Origin: Lingula anatina
Taxonomy: Eukaryota; Animalia; Brachiopoda
Direction of reading: 5' to 3'
DNA length: 64,000 nt
Assembly (NCBI GenBank): GCA_051362555.1
Contig: CM120641.1
Location: 33,548,401 to 33,612,400, forward strand
In this document: one piece after another, positions 46,101-58,500 of the stretch
Position numbering within the stretch: the stretch's first letter is position 1
How the letters are laid out: each line of letters starts with the position of its first letter
Translations under genes and position numbers: made by a program
The notes under the pieces: generated by a model
The model's database searches: none
Told to the model about the DNA's origin: nothing
The model's input: the letters and a program-made list of their open reading frames with translations, nothing else

Positions 46101-46346
46101 AGATATAGGTCAACATCTACTCACTTTTACCATGCATTTTGGTGACAGCAATTGTTGCATATAACCCATAGCAATTACGGAAATAATGAGGGGCAAACGC
46201 CAGGTAGCACAGAGAGCGGGTGTTGTAGTATTCATCGTCGTCAACCAAAACGGGAACAATATCAACCAAAAAAGTGTTCAAGACATTGTATGTATTTACC
46301 GCATAACATTATAAGCTACTAACTTCTGGTGGTTTATTATTTGCAA

Positions 46347-47300
46347 ATGCCCAAAACAAATAGGAAAAAGAGAAGCAGAGGAAGCACGGAAAGTGTAAAT
46401 GAAAACCACGCAAAGAAAGAGTGCCAGGTCGAAAGCCCAAAGGAAAATATGAAGGCGACTAGTGAGATACTCCAGGAAGCAAACAGTGTCCTACACAATT
46501 CAAAAATCCACGATAACCCTCCAGTTTTTAGCGTATCCGAAACCCCTAACCAAGCGCTGTTTAAAAAAATGGACACTTTATTAAAAGCTGTAACAGATTT
46601 AAAGGACAACCAAGATCAGATGAGAAAATCATTTGACTTAAAACTAAACCACTTAGAAGAAGAAATGAAAGGAATGAAAATGCAATTTGCAGAAATCCTA
46701 ACGGAAATAAACGTGCAAAAAGAAGAGCAAAATAGGATGAAAGCAGAGGTGATCAAAATAAACAACACACTGGATAAAGTCACCGACATAATAAGTGGCC
46801 AGCAACTATATTTAGAAAAACTTGACTCAAAGCAAAGAGAAAAGAATCTCATTGTGATCGGTATGTCGGAAAATGAGAATTATGGAGATGTAGTTGGGGA
46901 TGCGGAAAAAGTTAAATATGTTTTAGAAGCGATCACCGCCACTCAACTTGCAAATAAACCTGTTTGCAAACGCTTGGGTCAGCCAAGGCAGGATGGCACA
47001 CCCCGCCCGATTCTCGTAACGCTCGGCAGCGAATCCCTGAGGAGGGACATCCTCCAAAAATTGGCACAAAGGAACGGCGGGCAGGGAGAGCTTCAGATCC
47101 CGCATGTTAACGACACACTGAGGATAAAACGTGACCAACACCCAGCAATAAGAGCTGAGTGGGGACGCATGTTCAGGGCACTGGACACAGAAAAGCAAAA
47201 GCCAGAAAATATGGGCCATGAGATCTTTTTCGATAAAAAGAAAAGAGTAATTACCAAAGATGGTGAGGTAATCGACCGTTGGAGTGCAAATTTTGTATAA
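46347..47300 (+). CDS. LINE ORF1 (coiled coil plus L1-ORF1-like RRM/CTD)
   Basis: First ATG at 46347 (MPKTNRKKR). Heptad-rich helical region, then REKNLIVIGM, KRLG..PRPILVTL and IKRDQ motifs typical of L1-type ORF1. Confidence 0.85.
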   Translation: MPKTNRKKRSRGSTESVNENHAKKECQVESPKENMKATSEILQEANSVLHNSKIHDNPPVFSVSETPNQALFKKMDTLLKAVTDLKDNQDQMRKSFDLKLNHLEEEMKGMKMQFAEILTEINVQKEEQNRMKAEVIKINNTLDKVTDIISGQQLYLEKLDSKQREKNLIVIGMSENENYGDVVGDAEKVKYVLEAITATQLANKPVCKRLGQPRQDGTPRPILVTLGSESLRRDILQKLAQRNGGQGELQIPHVNDTLRIKRDQHPAIRAEWGRMFRALDTEKQKPENMGHEIFFDKKKRVITKDGEVIDRWSANFV

Positions 47301-50300
47301 GCGAGCAGAACAGAAAGTTGACTATAGTTACATGGAATATAAATTCTGTAAAAAATAAACTAGAAAACAAAAAGGTGCAAGAACTTTTAAGTTTATATGA
47401 TATAATTTGTTTAAATGAAATTAAGTCAAATGTTGAGTTCTCCTTACCAGGATACCATACTTATATGAGTAAAAATGAAAACGCAAACCGAGGAGGTTGC
47501 GGTGTTCTCATAAAAGATGGGTTAAACAGATCTATAATTGAACTTGTGTGTGGTAAAGACGACTATATTTATTTTAGACTTAAGGAACACCCACAAGTAA
47601 TATTTGTGGCTATTTATGTTGCACCAAAGAGTTCACCATACTTTTCAATGGAGGTGTTAGCTGATTTGAGTGCACTCCTCATGAATAGACCTAACCATAC
47701 TTTTATAATAGTGGGAGACACAAACTGTCGATTTTCTTATTTGAGAGAAAGATTTGTAGACTCCATAAAGGGAATGTTTCCTGATGTTCGGTAGTGAATC
47801 GCCTGATAAATTAAGGATTCCTAACGAAAATGCACGACTTGTTACCAGGATTCTAAAACCGTTAGTATTACTAAACGGTTTATGTTTTAACAACGTGCAA
47901 TTACCACTAAAACTAACATTTAGACAAAGGGATCGATGGGTCTCAGAATTGGACCATTGCTTTGTCTCCCCGAGCCTCGTAGCCGCAACATCTAACATGA
48001 TAATTCATGACAGCGTGGATTTACCATCGAACCACGCCCCAGTAGGCATTACTTTTTTTAAGGAAAAGCTCTCATCAACCGCAGACATCCTGAACTCTCT
48101 ACTGTACCGCGTATCACAGCTAGATGATCATACACCGACAAGGGACACACACCCATCATCATGTAGTAATCGGCAAGTTAAATGGACTGATATTGATTCT
48201 ACCTTATTTAAGGAGATTCTGGGAACCGCCGAACCGCCGAATCTACGTTCATATGATAACTTGGACCAGGTTTTCTACGAAACTGACCGCATTATGAGAT
48301 CAAGTCTAGATCGTGCAAAGATTCACCAATCAAACCAAATTGAGCAACAACGACCAATAACAAACCGCTGGGAAGCGCTTCACAGCATGAATGATCATCG
48401 CAAGATATGGCAGGCGATCGGTTGGAGTGGGACGCTAGAATTAAACGACGCATCAAAAAAGCGACCGACGGACGAGGATTTCAAGGAGCATTTTGAAAAG
48501 CTGCTTTCACCTAACGACGCTGACCCCGTTTTCACGCCGCTCCCAGGGGAATGCCCTTATATACCAATGACTGATGACCAAATTACTGAGAATGAGGTAC
48601 GGGACGCCATTAAAGCAGTTCAACCGAATAAAAGTGGAGGACCCTCCGGCATCCCCCCTGGAATACTTAAGACCTTGCCACAGCGGTGGATAACTTTTCT
48701 AGTACTTACATTTTCTATGATTTTGAGCACCACATTGATCCCAGCGAAATGGGCGTTGTCCCGCTTAGTTATACTATATAAGAAAGGACCTAGAACGGAC
48801 ACTGGAAATTACAGGGGCATTGCAGTTATGGACACATTTTCTAAACTGTTTGATGTTATACTATGCAAACGTTTAGAAAGATGGTTTAAACCCGAAAGAG
48901 AGCAGGCGGGCTCTCAGAAGGGAAGAGGGTGCCTAGAGCATATAGTAACTCTACGCTTGGCTATTGATTATGCTATGTCCAAAAAAGAAAAACTGTATAT
49001 AGTTTATGTGGATTTTGTTAAAGCATACGACAAAGTCCCACGTGGGGCGCTCATCCGCAATTTGATCCGCTACGGTTGTGGATACTCTATGGTAAAAATA
49101 TTAGCCGCAATCTATAGTAACACTAGCATGGCTCTGGGTGCAGCCAATATATCAGCTTCGTTAGGCGTGCGGCAAGGATCTCCAACGAGCTGCTTTTTAT
49201 TCACTCTGTATATCAATGACCTAGTGAGGGAGTTAAGAAAGTGCCAAGATGACGGTTTTCTTATGTGGTTGCACTGTTTATTGTTAATGGATGACACTGT
49301 TATCTTAGCAACGTCCCGAAAAGCATGCATAGAAAAAGTAAAAATACTAAAACAATTCTGTGCCCAGTCAGGGATGGAGATGAATCAGAGCAAAACCAAT
49401 ATAATGGTTATAAACGGTACCGTTGAAGATAAGGAAGACCTCGAGGTGGAAGGTCTAACAATTAAGACCTGTGACAAGTATTGTTATCTCGGAGCAATGT
49501 TCACTCAAGATGGAAAAAGTGATACAGCAGTAAGGGAACAAATGGACATGAAGCAGTGTCATGTTATGAAATATACAGCATTTGTTACAAAGAACGTTGA
49601 TTTCCCCTTCAGCATAAAGAGGAAGGTGCTCGACGCCGCATTGTTTGCATCCATTCTTTACGCATGCGAGTCATGGATAGGAAACAGTATAGATACGGCA
49701 AACCCCATGTACATAAACAGTGTAAAAGCATTATTAGGTGTACGGGCATCAACGAGAAACGACACCTGTCTCCTCGAATTGGGCTTGCCCACACTAAAGG
49801 CACGCGTAATGGACGCTCAACGTAATTTTCTGGAGAAATTGTTGCAAGAACGCAAAGACATGGAGGACGACCCTTTCATATTCATGTGGAAAACTTGTGC
49901 AGATGCTAAGACAAAAGCGTCAACGTACTATCAGAAAGTGTTAGCAACATCCGATCATATTTACTTGGACATTGAAAACCTAAAAGATCAACTTAAAAAT
50001 TCGAATCAAACAAAAGCAACGACTTATTTAGAAATGAACCCCAATCTGGAAGTGTGGGATATGTACGCAAACCGCTTCGATATCCCGGAATATCTACGTA
50101 TAGCTACTACTAGGTTTAGGCTAAGTTCTCATAGATTGGCAATCGAAACGGGTCGTTGGTGTCGTAAAGAGAGGAACGAACGTGTCTGCAAGTGTGGTGA
50201 AATGCAAACAGAGCTACATGTTATAAGCAAATGCGAGCTCACATCAGCGATGCGTTCAGCCTACCCTGAACTGGTATATACGTCCTTAGGGGATCTATTT

Positions 50301-50366
50301 TCAAAGAACAATTTGCACTTAGTCGTTTCATATGTATACAAGGTCTTGAAAATATCAGAAACGTAG
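47288..50366 (+). pseudogene. LINE ORF2 (APE endonuclease, RT, Cys/His finger) broken by one frameshift near 47792
   Basis: TWNINS, ICLNE and GDTN lie in ORF 47279-47794; ELDH, SNH, NYRGI, FVKAYDKV, GVRQG, LMDD, YLG and CKCG..ELHVISKC lie in ORF 47784-50366. CGG TAG T is consistent with a 2-nt loss from CGG TAT AGT. Confidence 0.88.
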
Positions 50367-51015
50367 CTTTTAAAAACGGTGTACCGAACTATAAGTTTTT
50401 GTCATGGTAGTGTATTGCGCTACATATTATACTTGTTATGCCTTTATTGATCATTTATCCCTGTATGTAATGTTCTGCTCGCTTATTATTATGTAATCAT
50501 ACGCATACAGTGATGATAATAAACTACTACTACTACTAAGTGAACTGAAGTGAACTCAACCTGCGTTTGAGTAAGACTGACCACTCCTGTGATGTTAATG
50601 ACAACTGGCCTATCTGTTTTTCTTATATTGTGTTAACAGTGTTGCATATATGCTGAAAAATGAAAAAAAACAGCATAACTACTAAAATAGTGGCCCGATC
50701 ATGCCGATTTTCGAACTTGACCTGCGTTTTATGAATATTCATCATCTCTGTAAATATAAAGCCAAAAAGTAAAACTGCCCTCTACTTATCATGTTTAAGC
50801 TGAAAGTGCATGGCGACGGACATACAGACATCTGTGTCTGTACATAATAATGCTCACTAATATTTAATCAAGCGCAACAGGTAACGTGGTCAATAAGATT
50901 AATTTCAGGACCATGAGGGTTCAAATTCACATAATGAAAATACCAATAACCCAATAATGTTTATTAATTAACATGGAGATAACAGATTAATGTTGTTCAT
51001 TTTCTTTATGTATAT

Positions 51016-51075
51016 GTGTGTGTGTGTGTGTGTGTGTGCGTGCGTGTGTGTGCATGTATGTGTGTATATATATAT
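51016..51075. repeat. (TG)n compound microsatellite
   Basis: Read directly from the sequence. Confidence 0.9.
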
Positions 51076-51399
51076 TATAGAATATATACAATTATATATA
51101 TTGTAGAACGTACAATGCAGTATATACAAAATTCTACAGTATATTACAGAAGACCCAAACTGAACAATACGTAACAAAGCAAGGTGATACAGTGCACCAG
51201 TTTACAAACTAGAGACATAAATGGTTGTGTCTTTATATAATATAGTGTATATGCACATTCATCGTTTTCACATACAACCTCACACACCCGAAAGCGCACG
51301 CACACTGTAGTACACACTAAAACTTTTAATACAGATGCTCAGTCATTGAAATACTGATCTTATATTGAACAAAAAATAAAGATACATATTATGGACAGT

Positions 51400-51902
51400 T
51401 TTGTTTTGTTATTGTTTTACCACTAATATCTTATCGATGTTTAGCCAAATCTGTTGTATGTTAGATCGTTTCACTTAAGGATACATGTATAATGAAAACC
51501 TGGTAATATTTCCATAGCATTTGGCATATTGTATTAGCCCTACCCAAGTGGGGGGTTTGGATTTGGACCTGCATATGCTTATGTATTTCTTAGTTATCAA
51601 TGTAAGTAAATACAGGCCTTCTATCTTAAACTGTTGTACCAGACCAAATAAGAACACTTTGGGATGCCTATCTATATTCGTCTTCATACTTTCCCTTATA
51701 GCATTAAACAGGCAAGTCCAGATATTTTGTACATAAGGACATTCCCAAAATACATGATATATTGTCTCTTTGGCAATATTGCAAAACTCGCACAGCTGAT
51801 TCTTTTTTCTTTATTTTCATTAAGTATGAATTTGTGCTAAAAATTCTATGATTGATTCTAAATTGCAGTGTTTGTAATTTTGTGTCATCCGTCTCATGAA
51901 AA
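51400..51902 (-). mobile_element. Degenerate L1/Tx1-type ORF2 3' remnant (zf-RVT region)
   Basis: - strand translation with a frameshift: FHETDDTKLQTLQFRINHRILA..SYLMKIRKKNQLCEFCNIAKETIYHVFWECPYVQNIW. Confidence 0.75.
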
Positions 51903-52180
51903 CCCTTACGAAAATTTCCTATAGGTTCCTATAGGAAATCTTATAGGATCCTATAGGGCACCTTTCCTATAGGAAATCCTATAGGATCCTATAGGAAATT
52001 GTTGTAAGTTAAAATCTTGAGAAAAATACAAAATACAAAAACAAAAACACAAAATACAAAAACACATAATATCTAAACAAAAGATATTTGATATAGGTCA
52101 ATTTTATCAGTGGAATTGTCAATTATATATCACTGTTAAAGCAAAAATGCTTTTTATTGTTTATAATGCACAATCTTATA

Positions 52181-55100
52181 CGGTAAAGTACCATGAATTT
52201 CGAACGGCTCTTGAATTTGGAACGATCTTAAAATCGGCCGTCTGGAGTTTTTTATGCACCATGAATTTCGGCCAGTAAGCAATTTTGCGCGATCTTGATT
52301 TCGTGAATTTGGTACACCTTAAAATCGGCCACTGGGCTATTCTCACGCTTATAAAGATCTAACAGTCGGCAATGTTGCCCTAGCGTACCTTTACCTGAGT
52401 ACTACGTGTGCAGCCCAAGATGCAAGATAACGATCGGTACAGTTAGTTTAGGACACTAAACAACATCGTCATATCCATTCATTCAGATAACAGGAGAATC
52501 TATTAAGAGTTGTACTGTCGGGCTGTTGTTTCTTTACCGCAGTATTCGATGTGAGATAGCGATCGGTAGTTTTGCTGAGGCACACAATAGCATTGTTAAC
52601 AGTAGAGACTTCAGTAACAGAACAAAAGAGCAATATTAAGAGCTGCAATAAAGATTACCATTATTGCTTTCTTGTCTCGCTCAGATCGTTCACGATCTCC
52701 CGATGACGATCATCCGCTAATTAAGTCCCTTGAAATGTACAAATGAAATGAAAAATATTTTTAAAAATTATAAATTCCAATGGGGAGGGATGGAGGGTTA
52801 AAAACAATCGAGAACGATCTCCGGCTGACGATCTTCCGCAAACGAAAGCCACTGAACGAGTATGAGCTTTCTCGTTTCACTCGGATTGCGACGCTGACAA
52901 TACGAAAATTGCGTTCTCGTCTCGCCCTTTGGCTTACGAAGTCTCTTTAACAAATATGAAAATTGCCTCCTGGTCTCTCTCGGATTGCGAACGATCTCTC
53001 GCGGAAAATTTGAAATTTTCCTTTTTGTCAATCAGCTTTGTCAGTTGCCATGCGTATGAAGGTCCGGAGGGTGTCCCCTTTCACAAATTGGCCTGTAGTT
53101 TGCTTAGTGTTTTGTACCGCATGAAGGTCACTCTTGTCACTGCTGCATACGGCGTGGAATGTGTATCTTAAAGTTCATAGAAACATTTTATTGTGTTTTG
53201 TAAGCTTTAGGAAGTAGTTTCGTCGTGACTGAATATCAGCGTACACTACAAAGTAGTACCATTCATCTGTGACGCATCATAAAAGCAAGGTTCGTCAAAT
53301 TACTCTAAGAAAATTTCTTACAACGTCCACGGCTGTCCCGACAAGCCAAGACATCATTAAAAAAAAAGTCGCAAGCCGTCTAGTCGTCTTAGAAAATATA
53401 GGCCGTCCGGTGATGTCAGCGGCCATCCAAATGACGGCTGGACGGTTCGCTGGGAAAAGCCTTGCTCATAAGGGTATATTTATTTAACTAGGGGCTTACT
53501 GACATCACCCAGCTTACATGCGGGTGCATGCCTCCCAAAATTATATTAAAGGATAAAATTGTAATATATCTAAGTTTAATTGTTTGTAAATTTTGTAAAA
53601 ATTGCCCATGCCACCCCATTAGTTTGGAGGGTTAAGCTAGATCAAGTCCGTGTCAAAATTCTTTGAAACTTTGCAGGAAAAATCAATCTTCCTTTGTTTC
53701 TCTGGCTTCTTGTTTAGCCCGATGATCAGATTTATCTAGTGCCCCCAGGTCTGCTGGAGCAGCTCTTTGAAAATAACACACAGGTAGATTTTTATCTGAG
53801 ATAAATATCGCGTTCGATACACTCAAGACAAAAGCTACCTGTGAGCTGAAGGGCACTTTACCCTCTAATTAAGAGGTAAAGCAAGTTCCAGCTAGATGGA
53901 CGATTAAGATCGGACTTCAGATGGTAACTAGTATTGTTTACCTCAGTTCTGTGAAAGCAAACGAGAAGGGTGTCAGAACAATGGTGCATATATAAATTAT
54001 ACAGAGAATTTGTACATTCAGGTGACGTTAACTTATAATTGAAGGGGATTTTCGATAATATTCCTTGAAAAGTACACTAGATTTATAGAGAATAATATCA
54101 TGGTTGGCCAAAAAATTATATACGCACAGTGTATCCATGCGTATGCCTGGTTACGCCCCTGTCGCAAACCAGCAAACCATATCCTGCTGACTACATGAAA
54201 ATTGCCTTCTAGCATGGACAAAAAGTCCAACCTTCTATGCTTGCTCGGATCGCTGACGATCTCTTGCTGACGAATATAGTAAACGAAATCCCTTGAACTA
54301 GTGTGGAAATTGGCTTATTGTCGCGCTCAGATCGCTCACTATCTCCCATTGAGGATCTTCCAGTCCCTTCAACGAATATAAAAACTGCCTTTTTGGTTTA
54401 CTCTAGATTACCTATCTCTTGCGTTTGTTTGAAGATGGTTTCAATGACAAAACGTACACGCTTTTCAAATGCGTACATTGACGCACCTATGCACCTATGC
54501 ACCAGGAAATCGGTTGCTGCTGCTGGTTAAGAATGGGTTGCCTGAGCGAAAAAAAAAAAAAACGGCCCTGCACCCCCCCCCCCCCCCCCAAAAAAAAAAA
54601 AACCTAATATATTTGATTGCAGACAACAATCAGCGGTCATCTTGGTCGCAGCGCACGACGGAGAGAGACCGTAATACACAGTTCGGCTGCCGTGGCGAAG
54701 GCTACCTGTGCGCCGCACATACCGATCTGCGGTCGTAGTGGCCTCCCCGCACGGAGGAGAGGCCGTAGTGCCGAGGCCGGCTTCTGCAGGGAAGGCTACG
54801 TATGCGTCGGAGACACAGACCCGCGAACGGCGAGATGAGGACACATTCGTGCGTAAGGCTCCACCCAACTTTAACGGTAAAGGCAACGAACCTGGTCGCA
54901 GATGAAGGCTACCTGCACATGCGCCATAGACACTGATCGGCTGTCGTCTCGGTTTCAGTGCACGGAAAGGAGTAACGGTAACACTAAGCTTCCATAGTAA
55001 AGGTTATCTGGCCGTGGCAGACGCTAATCGTCGGCCGTCTCTCCCTCTGTCCACTCCCGTTCTGAACGCCAGGATCGTATTTGAAAAACGACACTAGTTT

Positions 55101-55445
55101 CTGGCTGCCAGAATCGCTTTTGAAAAACGACACTACTGATAACGATGCTGTTTTGCGGCCCTAGACAACAGTACTGCTCTATCTATGGGCCATACACAGT
55201 GATCGGGTGAAAGTACGTGTATACCTTTGGTCGCAATTACCGACACTCGCACATCATACATTATGGTAACTCTAAATAGATCGTCGGCAGAAGATAACAG
55301 AAGGCCTAGCGACGAACAGACAACTTCCGGTCAAAATTCGAACTTTCGGAAGTTCTGAGCACCTCCATTTCATGAATTTCGGCCAGAACGATCTTTTCCC
55401 AAATTTAATTATTTTCTACTGTTCGAAATTCATGGCATATTACCG
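52181..55445. mobile_element. Tc1/mariner-pogo-type non-autonomous element nested in the CCTATAGG element
   Basis: TA-CGGTAAAGTACCATGAATTTCGAAC ... GTTCGAAATTCATGGCATATTACCG-TA. TA TSD, no transposase ORF. Confidence 0.8.
53489..54161. mobile_element. MITE copy with hAT-like termini, paralogous to 60595-61571
   Basis: ~650 bp alignable to 60900-61571; ends GGTTACGCCCCTG. Confidence 0.7.
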
Positions 55446-55599
55446 TAGTCTTCTATAGGATTCTATAGAAATTCTTAAATTTCTATTTTAAAGAAATCTT
55501 GAAAAATTGATCATTTGTAAAGTAATCTTTTATGGAGAAATATTTTATCATTAGGAATGTTTTTGTACCAAATCATTGAAGCTGAAATTATTTTTTTAA

Positions 55600-58500
55600 A
55601 TTTATGTTCAGACCATTACAAAAATTCCTATAGGATCCTATAGGAAATCTTATAGGAATTTCTATAGGAACCTATAGGAAATCCTATGCTTATTCATATA
55701 GGAAATTTTTATAAGGCCGGGTTGAATGAAAAATAATGAATCTGGTCTAAATATCAGTATATAATCTTAATTTTTAATTTATGTTCAGACCATTACAAAA
55801 ATTCCTATAGAATCCTATAGGAAATCTTATAGGAATTTCTATAGGAACCTATAGGGAATCAATTCGGAATTTCTATTGGAACCTATAGGAAACCCTATGC
55901 TAATTCATATAAGGAATTTTTATAAGGCCGGGTTGAATGAAAAATAATGAATCTGGTTTAAATATCAGTATATGATTTTGATTTTTAATTTATGTTCAGA
56001 ATATTACAAAAATTCCTATAGAATCCTATAGGAAATCTTAAAGGAATTTCTATAGGAACCTATAGGAAATCCTATGCTAATTCATACAGGAATTATTATA
56101 AGGGCGGGTTGAATGAAAAATAATGAATCTGGTTTAAAAATCAGTATATGATTTTGATTTTTAATATATGTTCAGAACATTACAAAAATTCCTATAGGAT
56201 CCTATAGGAAATCTTATAGGAATTTCTATAGGAACCTATAGGAAATCCTATGCTAATTCATACAGGGAATTTTCATAAGGGCGGGTTGAATAAAAATAAT
56301 GAATCTAGTCTAAATATTAGTATATAATTTTTATTTTTTATTTATGTTCATACCATTACAAAAATTCCTATAGGATCCTATAGGAAATCTAATAGGAATT
56401 TCTATAGGAACGTATAGGAAATCCTATGCTAATTCATATAGGGAATTTTTATAAGGCCAGGTTATATGAAAAACAAGGCAGCAAAGCTGTCAAATGTACA
56501 GACAAAAAACAGAAAATAAAGATGCAAAATAGGTCATTTTGTCAATTTTGATGCAATAATAAATAATGCTTATAATAACACAGTCAGTTAACACTGATTT
56601 TTAAACATGCACAACAGGTAACATGGTCAATAACAAGAGCAGATCAAGAGATATTTTCTGACAGTATTCCAAAGTATCTTTGTTGATCCATCCTCCACTT
56701 TTGATGGTCTTCCAACAGAAAAAAATTGATACCAGTCAATGTAAACTTTAAAATCTGACCATCATCTGAAAGACCCAGAAGACGGCCTCAATCCACCCCT
56801 GCAATAAGATTACAGTTTCTGGACTATGAGAGTTCAAATTCACATAATGAAAATCCCAATATTTGAAAAATGTTGACAGTGCATAAAATAATATTATATA
56901 ATGTTTAAAGACATAAAAACCTATGCAACTGCTTATGTGGAAATACAGAAAATCTGAAGAGCTTCAGGTGGATGGGAGTTGAAAATGCCAGTGTTTAGAA
57001 AAAATTAAAAAGAAAACACAAATAAAAAAAAAATATTCCAATAAAGCTGCTATTCAAACATTTAATCTTGCTGTATTAACATGATATGAATAATCCCAAT
57101 GTGTTTGAGGATAATAAGGCACTGTTATTCATCTATAGCATTAATGTTGGCATTGCACAAATTTTTTTTCTTTTGTAAACTTATTTGCAATATTAAACAA
57201 CATTTACCTGCATAATTATCACCAATTCCTAATTATGTGACACAGTTAAGAGAGCTTAACCTATAGGACTTGAATGGGAAATCTCAACGTGTGTTTTATG
57301 TAATCTTATTTAATGGGCACTTGAAAATCAATTAGGCAAGTAATTTTATAGCTCTGAATTTAGCTAGTGATTATCCCAAGGGACAATTACCACCATCCAT
57401 AAACAGTAGCCCCATATAGCACTCCATAGAGCTGCATTGCTTCCAAAACAGAAAACAATCACACTGATTTCCAACACAAGCTACACTTCAGTCCTATGAA
57501 ACTTTTCAGTAAGTTAGAATATCATAAGTAAAATGGTTTTTCCTTAATGGTCATCCCAGCAGCGATGTCCAAAAAAGGTTTTTTTTTTCATCTTTTATGC
57601 AATTTAACATAATGCTTAACAGCACAATGGCCATCAATTTTTAATAATAAAGAAAATGCATCATAGCTATTCAAAAGATGTGACTAGCAATGGTATTCAA
57701 GCCAATGGAAGTTCAAAGACTAAGTCATACCTTGAAAATGTCCATATGTGAAAATTTTAATTGTAACAAAAAACTATATAATTTCCAAGAAAGTTAACCG
57801 ATATAACAGGTTTTCCAACTGAAGCTATAATTAAGTGCTATGCTACATTTCTGTAAGTTTGAGAAGAGTAAGTGACTTGGTTTTCCTTTAATGGTCACTA
57901 TGGAGGCACTGTCTAAAATGGGGTTGTCTTCAATTTTGATGCAATATTACATAATGCTTAACAGCATAATGACCATCAATTTTTAATAATAAAATAAAAG
58001 TATCATGGATATTCAGAAAATTTGATATGGAAAGGTCTTCAGGGCCATGGAAGTTCAGAGTCACAACTTCAAATGCCAAAATGTACACAAGAGATAACTG
58101 TACTGAAATGAATTTCTTTCCACTTTCAACACTTTTTTTACATATATCAAAATAATCAATTTACTGTTGTTTTTAAATGATCAACTAAGAAAGTTGTTGA
58201 CATAGGAAATATATCAATAGAACAATTTTAAATGTCCAATTTGTTCCATTCTGAGATTCTGAACATGGTGAATGATTGAATCTGACAAACTGTAAAGATA
58301 TGTTTATTTCCATTTTTGACACTTTATTACAAAATGCACAATAACAGGTTTACCATCATTTTTATATAATCATCTAACAATATTGTTAAGTTGCAGAAAA
58401 TGTCAAAAGAACACCTTTACATTACTAATTAGTTCACAAATGAGATTGTTAACATGCCTAAGAATTAAATCCGAGGAAAAAAAGACTTATATACAAAAAA

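Larger units (their letters stand above)
45876..50537 (+). mobile_element. Near full-length two-ORF non-LTR retrotransposon (Proto2-like; clade tentative)
   Basis: ~470-nt 5' UTR, ORF1, ORF2 and an AATAAA-(CTA)n tail. Inserted in GAGAACAGTAAG|TGAC of family B with a possible TAAG duplication. Confidence 0.9.
44542..50846 (-). mobile_element. HINE family B copy hosting a two-ORF LINE
   Basis: Family B start at 44542 and GTGTCTGTACATAA end at ~50846. About 1 kb of the B body is missing next to the LINE 3' end compared with the 33602 copy. Confidence 0.8.
51903..55717. mobile_element. Non-autonomous TIR element with CCTATAGG subterminal repeats (EnSpm/CACTA-like; tentative)
   Basis: Left end CCCTTACGAAAATTTCCTATAGG; right end AATTTT(C/T)ATAAGG(G/C). 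Arrays of the palindrome CCTATAGG at both ends. Confidence 0.65.

Noticed and set aside
54469-54905. Cluster of overlapping GC-rich ORFs
   Set aside because: Inside a non-autonomous TIR element, crosses homopolymer runs and shows no transposase motifs.
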